NCBI GenBank assembly: GCA_963749655.1
Contig: CAVVOB010000020.1
Location: forward strand, 1 to 64,000
Reading direction: 5' to 3'
DNA length: 64,000 nucleotides
Source of the DNA: Nitrospirota bacterium
GTDB taxonomy: Bacteria; Nitrospirota; UBA9217
The notes beneath the pieces are model-generated. The model saw only the letters and a list, made by a program, of their open reading frames with translations. It did no database searches and had not been told where the DNA came from. How positions within the stretch are numbered: the first letter of the stretch is position 1; the number at the start of each line of letters is the position of its first letter. The translations under genes and the position numbers were made by a program. Shown here piece by piece: positions 19,615 through 28,791 of the stretch.

Positions 19615-19845
19615 ATGCGGAACATGCTTAGCGAGAGACTCAAAGATTTGGAGTTCCGGACCGTCGGTATGGCGCAGGCCATCTCTGAGACGATCGTGCA
19701 AGCGATCATGAGCGGAAGCCTCAACGAGGGAGAACAGCTCGTCGAGGCCGAGCTCCAGAAACTATTTAGCGTCAGCAAGTCGCCCATCCGGGAGGCCTTG
19801 CGCGAGGTCGAGAAGATGGGCTTTGTCGTGATCAGGCCAAACCGG
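19615..19845 (+). pseudogene. GntR family regulator, N-terminal wHTH only, truncated at junction
   Basis: IVQAIMSGSLNEGEQLVEAELQKLFSVSKSPIREALREVEKMGFVVIRPNR, then an abrupt switch to unrelated sequence. Confidence 0.85.
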
Positions 19846-20351
19846 GCAACCAGGATGGGAACTGGATTCAGCCGGCCTGGGAGTACATGCACAGCCACAC
19901 TTTTCTGGATAAAGCATCATTGGGAAAGATTGGCATCTGGGAAGATGCCGGGAAAATCGTCGCCGTTGTGACCTATGAATGGGCGTTGGGAGAGGCATAC
20001 TTTCAATTTCATCCGGACTACCGGTTCTTAAGGGATGAGATGCTCCACTATGCCGAAGCGAACCTGTTTGTGCGGGCGGAAGATGGCAGCAAGACCTTGC
20101 AGGTTCTGATTGATGAAAACGATGAGGCGTTGATCTCCCTGGTGAGAAGGCGCGGTTACCAAAAGCTTGCCGAGGGGTCACGCCCAATGTACCGTTACGA
20201 TATTCCCGACCCGTTTCCCGCCATCTGCCTGCCAGCCGGATTTCGCTTAAAAAGCCTGGCGGAGGATTGCGATTGGGTTAAGATCAACCGGGTTTTGTGG
20301 CGCGGGTTCAACCATCCGGGTGAGCCTCCCGTGGAGGAGATTGAAGGATGA
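19842..20351 (+). pseudogene. Internal fragment of a GNAT-family acetyltransferase-like protein
   Basis: PGNQDGNWIQPAWEYMHSH...IGIWEDAGKIVAVV...LPAGFRLKSLAED...LWRGFNHPGEPP; no native start and no C-terminal acetyl-CoA-binding motif. Confidence 0.65.
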
Positions 20352-20428
20352 ACTGAAAAAGCTGAGAGGCTTGATCGTTCCGGAATTAAGGAACAATGCG
20401 GTTCAGCGGTCAAATTTGCTGCGAGCTC

Positions 20429-21053
20429 TTATCCCAGCGAACGTACTTTCATTTCCACGGGCTGCTTCTTCGGTCCGCTGCCGACTCTCGATGGCCGGCC
20501 CACGGGCACCACAGCCATGAATTCGCCCTCAGGTTCGCCGAGGAAGCGAAGGACTTCATCCTTGATCAGATAGAGCACGCCGAGCCAGACCGTTCCGAGG
20601 CCGAGGGACGTTGCGGCGATGCAGGATGTTCTCGACCGCGGCAGCGGAGCTCTGGATCTCCATGGTCCGGAAGAAGTCGTGGGCCGTGTCTTTCTCGACC
20701 TTGAAGAGCTCGGTCCCGTGGCGGATAAGATCGCCGGTGTTTGCCACGGCGATTACGACCGGCGCCGAGATGATGCTCTTGGCGCCCATCCGGAGCAGCG
20801 CAGCCGCGGGGCGGGGAAAATTTGCGGATTGCGCATTCACCAGCTGTGCCAGCTCCTGCTTCTTCTCGCCCCGGAGAATGATGAACCGCCATGCCTGCTG
20901 ATTATGGGCCGATGGCGCGGCATTGGCGGCATGGAGCAGAACGGCGATCTCCTCTTCACTCACGTCATCCTTGAGAAAGCTCCTCACACTGTGGCGGTTG
21001 CTGATGGTTTTCAGGGTGTCGTTCTTGTTCTGCAGGGACGAATCAGGCAGCAT
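20429..21053 (-). CDS. Nitroreductase family protein, one frameshift near 20620
   Basis: RHSVRSF, AAPSAHNQQAWRF and AAAVENIL; continues in another frame as AATSLGLGTVWLG...MAVVPVGRP to TAA at 20429. GAGGAG RBS. Confidence 0.9.
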
Positions 21054-21306
21054 GGCGGTCTCCTCACGGGCGTGGATGGCTTCGATGATGTCGGGGAAAC
21101 CATACCAGAGGCGGCAGACTAAGTCAAGCAGGAGCGGCGATGCGGGCATCTGAGCGACGTGTATAAAAGAATAGGCCGGGCTGCGATCAGTCCATCCTTC
21201 GGCGGTAAGTGCGGTGATTTGCGCTTTCCCCGTTGGATGATGACCGTCCACCCAGCCTATTTTTTCAAGTCAACAGCAGAGTCAGTTTGCCTTGTCCTGA
21301 TCGGTC

Positions 21307-22727
21307 TTATTTGTTTGACTGTCGGGACCACCCGCCTCGATTGCCGAGAGACCTCCCGGTCGAGCGTCCACTGCCCGGCATGTCAAAAGACCTCTGCCGC
21401 GGGCTTGGCGCTGAATAAGACCAGTCATCACCCCTTGACAACGGGCTGAATGATCTGCTGGACCGATCAGGCGTCATGGATCTTTCACTACGGCTCAAGG
21501 GTAATCCTTCGGAGAAGAAGGACTGCCGTGAAGTTCTTGCAGTTCCATTAGATCTCGAGTAGCCGGTGCCGTTGTACTCTCCGTTCGACTGCGGTCGCGT
21601 GAATGTGCTTCCGGCGCCGCGCTTCATGCTGTTCGGAGCCACGGTGCTGCTGGTGGAAAGCCCCTGGAGGACCGCGTGTTACCGGGCGTGAATCGGGGCG
21701 TTTCTCCGATCTGTCTTCTCGGTCCCATTGCCTGGTTCCGGCTAGTCAGCAGCTCTGAATCCCGCGCGGCACTCCGCGAATAGATGGATGATGCGCTGTT
21801 TCGCGCAGCGGCTGACGCAAAACCCCCACTCTGGAAACCTCTGACGGTTTCACCACGTGTCCGCATGCCTCCTTCACGAGCATCGGGACCGTTTCGCATG
21901 TCATGAACAGTCCGGAACAGCGAGCCACCTTCCGTCCTGAGCATGGTTACCGGCCGTATCCTTCCGTCGCCGGCTCTCGTGACAGGCGTAACGACAGCCA
22001 CCCGTCCGCTGACCCGGTCAATGAAATGGTTGCTCACGATCGCCCTTCTCGGCACGAACGGTCCGTGTATGAACGGTCCGTTGGTCACCACGATGGTTGT
22101 CGTGAAGTTGTGGCAGATGTAGAAACCCGGGAACCAGAAGCCGGCCCACCACGCCGGGTAAGGCACCCAGTCATAAAGGTACAGATAATCAGAGGGCGGC
22201 GGATAGTACGTAACGATCGGGGGTCCTGCGTCATAATAGTACTCGTTCACGATCGTCGGGTTGGGCGCCTCGGTCGGCAGTTGTACTGCAGAGCTCCCCG
22301 CCTCCTGCGACGGAGACACGGCGTTTGCGGGCACGGGCAGGTTCATCTGCACGGCGAGATAGTACAATCCCTTGATCGCTTCCTCGGCGGTCAGAGGGAT
22401 CTTTTTTTCACTCGCCGATCTGGCTATTGCGGTCTGGAGCTGCCCCATGATTTGCGGCGTCACGGGATAATCGGAGATCCATCCATTGTCGGGAACCACC
22501 CCGGCAACGGTCAGTACGTCCTCTGCGCTTGCTTCGTCTGCTGGATTTCCGAGATCCAGTTGTGCTGCCAGCCTGATCGCGAAATCACCTTCGCGAACCA
22601 ACGTCTGGGCTACAGGAGGGGCTTGCTGCTGCGGCTGCGATGTGGGCGACCCGTAGTCTTCTGAAAAGGCCGCGAAAGGATACATGATCAAGCCGGCTGC
22701 CATCAAAATGGACAGTGACTTTTTCAT
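21307..22727 (-). CDS. Secreted hypothetical protein with Pro/Tyr/Trp-rich core and Arg/Ser/Gly-rich tail; probable frameshift near 21650
   Basis: ORF 21624..22727 has a signal peptide and AAGGAG RBS. The overlapping ORF 21307..21642 has the same low-complexity composition as its tail. Confidence 0.7.
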
Positions 22728-22894
22728 GATAATCTCCTTATCTTGCTGGATAAATCATACCTCTCTTTTTTTCACCTTGCAATAAGCCGAATGGCTGAGG
22801 TTTCGTCGTGGAAGGGGAACCGCTCTTCGGAGTACTTAAGTCACGGACGCAGTCTAAATCCGTGGAGAAAACGAGCGGCCGTGCAGCGGCAGGA

Positions 22895-23863
22895 TCACGC
22901 ACGTTCTGCTGCATGGAGCTTCTGCAAATCGATGTAACTGGAAGCTGCCAGTGCGGCCATGGCGCCGTCTGCCGCAGCGATCACGATCTGGTTGGCGAAC
23001 TTCTGACGCAGGTCGCCGACTGCGAAGATGCCCGGCACGCTCGTTTCGCACTTCTCATTGGTAACGATATACCCCCACTCGTTCATGCGGATCGAGGGCG
23101 GAATGAACAGAGTGTTGGGTGTATAACCGACGAAGATGAATACGCCGTCTGCAGGCAGCTCGCCGCGGGCACCCGTAACCGTATCCTCGATCGCAATTGA
23201 CCGCACCCCGCTGCCGTCTCCCCGGATCTCCGTTACGATGGTGTTCCAGAGGATCTCGACTCCGGGGCGGTCTGCAAGGCGGTCACGTAGCAACTTGCCT
23301 GCCCGGAGCGCTTTCCTGCGATGGATCAAGGTGACCCGGCGCGCCAGACGGGAGAGATGCAAGGCTTCCTCGACTGCAGTGTCTCCACCGCCGACAACAA
23401 AGACGTCATGGCCCTTGAAAAAATAGCCGTCGCAGGTCGCGCAGTAGGATACGCCTTTGCCCAGATACTCCGCTTCTCCGTTTACGCCGAGTTTTCGCGC
23501 GTTTCCTCCACCTGCCAGGAACAGGGCGGGTGCTTCGTAGAGTTCACCATTGGCAAGCCTGACTGCATGGAGGTCCTTGCCGGGCAGGATTTCAACGACT
23601 TCCTGCTGCACCACTTCCAGGCCGAACGACCGGACCTGGCGCACTAGGTTCTCGGCCAGATCGAATCCCGTAATCCCTTCCACGCCCGGATAGTTTTCCA
23701 CTTCCTTGGAAATGGCGATCTGCCCGCCGAGCAAACCCTTCTCAAAGAGGACGGCGTTCAGTCCGGCCCTCTTGCTGTACAACCCGGCAACGAGCCCCGC
23801 GGGCCCGCCTCCGACGATGATGACCTCATAGGGCGATGGTGTCGTCATGGATGCAGGCTCCAT
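22895..23863 (-). CDS. trxB: Thioredoxin-disulfide reductase
   Basis: GGGPAG, VENYPG, GKGVSYCATCDG, GGGDTAVEEA and GIFAVGD. Confidence 0.95.
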   Translation of the reverse strand: MEPASMTTPSPYEVIIVGGGPAGLVAGLYSKRAGLNAVLFEKGLLGGQIAISKEVENYPGVEGITGFDLAENLVRQVRSFGLEVVQQEVVEILPGKDLHAVRLANGELYEAPALFLAGGGNARKLGVNGEAEYLGKGVSYCATCDGYFFKGHDVFVVGGGDTAVEEALHLSRLARRVTLIHRRKALRAGKLLRDRLADRPGVEILWNTIVTEIRGDGSGVRSIAIEDTVTGARGELPADGVFIFVGYTPNTLFIPPSIRMNEWGYIVTNEKCETSVPGIFAVGDLRQKFANQIVIAAADGAMAALAASSYIDLQKLHAAERA

Positions 23864-24077
23864 ACCGAGAAATGGTTTCGATAACGAATTTATGGTTTCG
23901 TAGAAAAGCGTCTTATCAGCATGTTATAAAAGTTGTCACTCCCGCTTGTCGGGAGTCATGCTGCTATAAAAATGTGTCAATCTTGCTTACTTAATTGTAG
24001 CAAAGCTGTGCAGTCCGAAAGCGCCGGAATGTGCATTGCCCGGTGAGCACAAGGTTGCAGTGATCAATTCTTCTTGA

Positions 24078-25838
24078 TCACTCGACATCCTGCATCCTGA
24101 GCACTTCAACGGAAGAAGCCGCTCCCAGAGCGTCCATTGTTTTGACCAGAGGCTGCAGCCGCTCGACAGCGTGCACGAATCCTGCTGACGGCTCCTCGTC
24201 GGCAGCGATCTGCTTCAGGTCGGAAAAGAACGAATAAAGCGTCCTTTTTTCCGGGTATACTTTCAGCTTGAGCGGCGCCCTGTCGGAAAGTTTTAGGGAT
24301 TGCCGCACGATCCGGAGAGCTGCGGGGAAGCCGCCCAGCTCGTCCACGAGCCCCAGACGCTTCGCGTCCTCGCCGGTCCAGATCCTGCCTTTTGCGATCT
24401 TCTCGACCGTTTCCAGGGGGAGGTTTCTTCCCTGGGCGACCTTTGAAGTAAAGTCGGCATAAATGCGGTCGAGCCATTTCTCCATCCGCGCCCGCTGCTC
24501 GGGCGAGAAGTCCTTGATCGGCGTCCAGGCGTCTGCATTTCTGCTCGTATGCACCTCGTCCCACGTCACACCAACCTTGTTCCAGAACCCCGTCGTGACC
24601 ATCTTCCCCCCGAACACGCCGATCGAGCCGGTGATGGTGGCGGGCTGCGCCACGATCTTGTCCGCGGCCATTGCCACGAAATATCCGCCCGATCCCGCCG
24701 TAGCGCCCATGGAAACGATAACCGGTTTGCCCGCTTTTCGTGCGTTTACTGTTTCGCGCCAGATCGTGTCCGAGGCTATATAGGAACCGCCCGGGCTGTC
24801 GATCCGGAACAGAATGGCCCGTACTTCCTTATCTTCAGCAGCCTTGCGAAAGGCCTCGGCAACCGTGTCTGATCCCATGATGATCTCGCCGGTCGCGGGA
24901 CGGTACCCGTTCTTACCCCGTTCTATTCCTCCTGCGCCGTAGATCAGGGCCACGGTCGTGCCTTTCTCGTTGGGGCCTCCTGCGCGCTTGCGGTAAGCGG
25001 CAAGAGAGAGGAATTCGACCCCCTGCCCGGCCTTGTCCCTCATCGTTGAATAGACTTCGTCGCGGTAAGCAAGGCTGTCCACCAGTTGCGCGTCAACGGC
25101 GTCCCGGCCGAGGAAAGGGCCTTGGTCGATGAGCGAACGGATCTCGCCTTCCGTAAGTTTTCGCCTCTCCGCCACGGCTCTGACGATCTGGTTGAACTGG
25201 GACCCCATCACCTGGGTGACCGCTTCACGGTGGGGCGGCAGGAATTTCCGCTCCGTCAGCACGTAGCGAAAGCTCTTGTATTCCTTCCGGCCGTCCAGGC
25301 GGGGGACGATGCCCAGTTTGTCCAGTGTGCCGCGGACAAAGGGCTGCTCCGCGATGAGGCCCGTGAGCCCCACATCTCCCGACGGCTGCAGATAGACAGC
25401 GTCGAAGGCCGTGGCGAGATAGTAGGACGAGTTGCCGGGTCCGCCCTCGCCAAAGGTATCCGCATAGGCGATCGCGGGTTTGCCTCCCGCGCGAAAGGCA
25501 ATGACTGCGTCGCGCAGCTCCTGCACCTGGGCCAGCCGGATCGATGTCTGTCCGATCCTGGCAACGAGGCCCTTCACCCGGTCGTCGACGGACGCCTGCT
25601 GCAGCGCTTCGACCAGCTCGCGGAGGTTCAGTTTATTCGAAAGCAGATAACGCGCAGCAGCATCATCGGGAACATATTCGATGACCCCCTGGCCGAAGTC
25701 CGCCTCCAGCACCACGCGCCTCGGAACGCCTTCCGCTGCAAACCAGAAATAGAGGGCAACTGCGATTCCCGTGAAGAGGAAAATATAACAGATCGTCGAT
25801 ATCGTGCTCCGTCCCTGCCTTCGGTCAAACCGTGGCAT
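24078..25838 (-). CDS. sppA: Signal peptide peptidase SppA, 67K type
   Basis: N-terminal TM, YYLAT, EYKS, RIDSPGGS, AGSGGY, TITGSIGV and GRIWTG..A...GLVDELG. Confidence 0.93.
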   Translation of the reverse strand: MPRFDRRQGRSTISTICYIFLFTGIAVALYFWFAAEGVPRRVVLEADFGQGVIEYVPDDAAARYLLSNKLNLRELVEALQQASVDDRVKGLVARIGQTSIRLAQVQELRDAVIAFRAGGKPAIAYADTFGEGGPGNSSYYLATAFDAVYLQPSGDVGLTGLIAEQPFVRGTLDKLGIVPRLDGRKEYKSFRYVLTERKFLPPHREAVTQVMGSQFNQIVRAVAERRKLTEGEIRSLIDQGPFLGRDAVDAQLVDSLAYRDEVYSTMRDKAGQGVEFLSLAAYRKRAGGPNEKGTTVALIYGAGGIERGKNGYRPATGEIIMGSDTVAEAFRKAAEDKEVRAILFRIDSPGGSYIASDTIWRETVNARKAGKPVIVSMGATAGSGGYFVAMAADKIVAQPATITGSIGVFGGKMVTTGFWNKVGVTWDEVHTSRNADAWTPIKDFSPEQRARMEKWLDRIYADFTSKVAQGRNLPLETVEKIAKGRIWTGEDAKRLGLVDELGGFPAALRIVRQSLKLSDRAPLKLKVYPEKRTLYSFFSDLKQIAADEEPSAGFVHAVERLQPLVKTMDALGAASSVEVLRMQDVE

Positions 25839-26177
25839 AAGCACTCCTTTCCTTACAGCCAGACTCGTCGTGAAATCCTGCGCAGGAAAAGGATAAGCCT
25901 TCGCTGTTGTCCCTGGCAGGTAAATGCTTCAAGAAAAAGGATAGAGGATTTTTCGGGAAAGGGCAAGACCATACCTGTTGTTTGGCGCAGGGTGTATGGT
26001 CTTCCCTGCACAGGGCAAATCTCATATTTCCCCAGTTAATGCATGATATTGCTCTGATCAATGCTGCTGCCCTGTAGGGAAAAACAGACAGAACGGGCAA
26101 TCTATCGCGGTGCGTTCCTGAATGGATGAGCAGGAAATATTTCGGGCAATCAGCAGGTTAGGGGAATAGAGGGATTC

Positions 26178-26193
26178 TGGCATAGCGCTTGCT
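26178..26193 (+). promoter_or_regulatory. Sigma54 (-24/-12) promoter
   Basis: TGGCATAGCGCTTGCT matches TGGCAY-N5-TTGCW with GG-N10-GC spacing. Confidence 0.75.
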
Positions 26194-26361
26194 CTTAGCT
26201 ATAGAAAGAAGTTGACCATTGTACAGCAGAAAACGCGCTCTAGTGCAAAAGTTGTATAAAAGCGGTTATGAGCAGGAGTTATTTCAGTCCACGCTCTTCG
26301 TCATCAGCGATGAGCGCGGTTTTGCAATGAATAGAGTAAATATTGCGAAAGGAGACATCCC

Positions 26362-26598
26362 ATGGCCCTCGGATTTCTTCCCAACAGGGACACAATGTGC
26401 AAGGAGGTGGAGCAGTGGATTGCTCTCAGAAAGCTGGACACCCTGCTTTCCCTGTGCGACTGTTGCACGTTTAAGACCTTCAATTTTATCCTCTCCGATG
26501 ACTGTCGCATCTGCCTCATCCGGAAGGGAATTGTCGCGATCATGGAGGACAGGAAACGGGAACGCATGCGCGAGCAAGAGCTGGTTAATGCTTTTTAA
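26362..26598 (+). CDS. Small Cys-rich hypothetical protein (78 aa)
   Basis: AAAGGAG RBS 7 nt before ATG; CDCC...CRIC motif; downstream of a sigma54 site. Confidence 0.65.
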   Translation: MALGFLPNRDTMCKEVEQWIALRKLDTLLSLCDCCTFKTFNFILSDDCRICLIRKGIVAIMEDRKRERMREQELVNAF

Positions 26599-27060
26599 CC
26601 AATCGCGGCGCGCTAAAGCCTCATTCCTGCAAATAACGGGCAGCCCGGGTACGAAGTGATACTCCGGCTTGAGCAATTCCGGCTGACGGGCCGCAGGTAA
26701 AATTTTCTAAAAAGACGGCCGGATCGTTCGCCCCCCGGCTGCCCTTTTTCCTGACTTGGCGATGCGGAAACAAATTAACATTCGGAAAAGTCAAAATCAA
26801 CCGCCGAGACGCAGGAAAAAAAAGGCCGTAAGGATTAAAAGGCTTCCTTTGCGCTCTCAGCTGCCCTACGAAAAAAATCCGACTTCATGCAGGAGAACCA
26901 AATACAGCACGATGCTCGAGTCACGAACAAAAGGGGACAGATGGTATGTTCGTGAAGCCGCTTGAACTGTTCTTTCCTGTCTGGAGCTCCTAGTGTCAAG
27001 CTGTATGCCCCGCAGCCTCGGGGGAGTGTTGTTCATTACACGGGGAAAGGAGAACGAATC

Positions 27061-27516
27061 ATGGTCGAAAAGACTTTAAAGGAAGGTACGAGGTGGTTCC
27101 GGCAGCTCACGCCGGAAGAATACAGGATCACCAAACTCAAGGGGACCGAGCCCGCATACTCAGGAAAGTATCACGATTTCCGGGGTATCGGGACGTACCA
27201 CTGCGTATGCTGCGGGAACGGCCTGTTCGGATCGGACGCGAAATACGCGGCCAAATCGAAATGGCCGGCCTTCTGGGCGCCCCTGGGGGGAAACAGCGTG
27301 AAGACGGAGAAGGAGATCTTCCACTTTATGGTGAGGAGTGAAGTGTCCTGCGGCCAATGCAATGCCCATCTCGGCTATGTGTTCGAGGACGGCAGGCCGC
27401 CGACGGGCGTGAGGTACTTCATAAATTCGGCGGCGCTGGTGTTTGTCGAATCGAGAATGCCGCAGGCCCCGTCCCGGGCGTCCCGTCGCGTTGCCGGGGC
27501 CTGTCAGCTGCCGTGA
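27061..27516 (+). CDS. msrB: MsrB-fold protein lacking the catalytic Cys
   Basis: LTPEEY.I....GTE..Y.GKY, CVCC and CGQC Zn ligands, HLGYVFEDG.PPTG.RYFINSAAL; AAAGGAG RBS. Confidence 0.85.
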   Translation: MVEKTLKEGTRWFRQLTPEEYRITKLKGTEPAYSGKYHDFRGIGTYHCVCCGNGLFGSDAKYAAKSKWPAFWAPLGGNSVKTEKEIFHFMVRSEVSCGQCNAHLGYVFEDGRPPTGVRYFINSAALVFVESRMPQAPSRASRRVAGACQLP

Positions 27517-27542
27517 GGCGGCCGGACTGACGGAGCCTCCCG

Positions 27543-28202
27543 TTATTTTCTCGAGACGGGGACGTAGTATTGCGTCCCCTGTTTCATACTCACGATCTGC
27601 CTGAGCAGGTCGTCAAGATCTTCGCGGCGGTGCACGAAGTCGATATCGGAGGTGTTGATGACGAGGAGCGGGGTGTCGTTGTAGCGGAAGAAAAATTGAT
27701 TGTAGGCCTCGTTGACCGCTGCGATGTACTCGTGGTTGATCTCCTTTTCGAAGGGCCTCCCGCGCTGTTTGATGCGGCGCAGCAGCGTATCGGTGTCGGC
27801 CTGGAGAAAGATCACGAGGTCGGGCTTGACGAGCTTGGGCTCCAGGATCCGGTAGAACTGCTCGTAGAGCGCAAGCTCGTGTTCGTCGAGGTTCAGGTAG
27901 GCAAAGATGCGGTCCTTATCGAAGAGGTAGTCGCTGATCGTAACCCGCGTAAACAGGTCGGGCTGGGTCGTCTCCTGCTGCTGGCTGAACCGGTTGAGGA
28001 GAAAGAACATCTGGGTCTGGAAGCGGTACCGCGCAGGATCCCGATAAAAATCAGTAAGGAACGGATTGTCCTCGGCGCGCTCGAGAATGAGCCGGGCGCC
28101 CAGTTCCTCGGCGAGCAGCGTCGTCAGGCTCGTCTTCCCCACGCCGATGGGGCCTTCGGTCACGATGTATTTGGCGGGATTGACGCCGGTCCGTCTGGTC
28201 AT
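27543..28202 (-). CDS. Deoxynucleoside kinase
   Basis: EGPIGVGKTSL P-loop, NPFL.DFY, FQTQMFFL and RIKQRGRPFE lid. Confidence 0.92.
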   Translation of the reverse strand: MTRRTGVNPAKYIVTEGPIGVGKTSLTTLLAEELGARLILERAEDNPFLTDFYRDPARYRFQTQMFFLLNRFSQQQETTQPDLFTRVTISDYLFDKDRIFAYLNLDEHELALYEQFYRILEPKLVKPDLVIFLQADTDTLLRRIKQRGRPFEKEINHEYIAAVNEAYNQFFFRYNDTPLLVINTSDIDFVHRREDLDDLLRQIVSMKQGTQYYVPVSRK

Positions 28203-28214
28203 CAGGCTCTGCCC

Positions 28215-28700
28215 TTATGGTCCGCACTTGACCACGCGGTATTCATCGCGCAATTCGTGCAGGAGATGGGAAACGGTCTTCCCGAGGCCCGGGTGAACGG
28301 CCTGGGGGGCGATCTCGCTGAGCGGAACGAGGACGAACCGCCGCATCGCCATGAGCGCGTGGGGGATCGTCAGCTCCGCCGTATCCACCACCTGATTGCC
28401 GTACAGCAGGATGTCGAGATCGATCGTGCGGGGGCCCCACCGGAGGAGCCTGCTGCGGCCCAACTCGTCTTCGATGACGTGGCAGGCAGCCAAAAGCGCG
28501 AGAGGGCTCAACGCGGTCTCCAGCTCCACAACGGCATTGAGGAAATCATCCTGGTCAGGGTATCCGATCGGCTCGGTACAGTAGAAGGAAGAGACTTTTT
28601 TCACGCTTCCGATCTTGCCCAGCAGGTCGACTGCTTTGCGGCAGGCCGCTTCTTTATCTCCGATGTTCGAGCCCAGCCCGATGTATGCGGTTATCGACAT
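28215..28700 (-). CDS. folK: 2-amino-4-hydroxy-6-hydroxymethyldihydropteridine pyrophosphokinase
   Basis: YIGLGSNIGD, QDDFLNAV, WGPRTIDLDILLY and RRFVLVPL. Confidence 0.97.
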   Translation of the reverse strand: MSITAYIGLGSNIGDKEAACRKAVDLLGKIGSVKKVSSFYCTEPIGYPDQDDFLNAVVELETALSPLALLAACHVIEDELGRSRLLRWGPRTIDLDILLYGNQVVDTAELTIPHALMAMRRFVLVPLSEIAPQAVHPGLGKTVSHLLHELRDEYRVVKCGP

Positions 28701-28791
28701 AATATCACTATAGGGAAATCACGATACACGATCCGCAGGTAAATTGCACGCGGATTCCGGAGCACGCTCCCCGGCCGTTCCCGGGTGCTCC

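Noticed and set aside
23938-23957. REP-like hairpin ACTCCCG-CTTGT-CGGGAGT upstream of trxB
   Set aside because: Single short copy in the window; insufficient to call a repeat family.
26756-26965. Basic 69-aa ORF upstream of the msrB-like gene
   Set aside because: TTG start without RBS; composition reflects A-tracts in a regulatory region.
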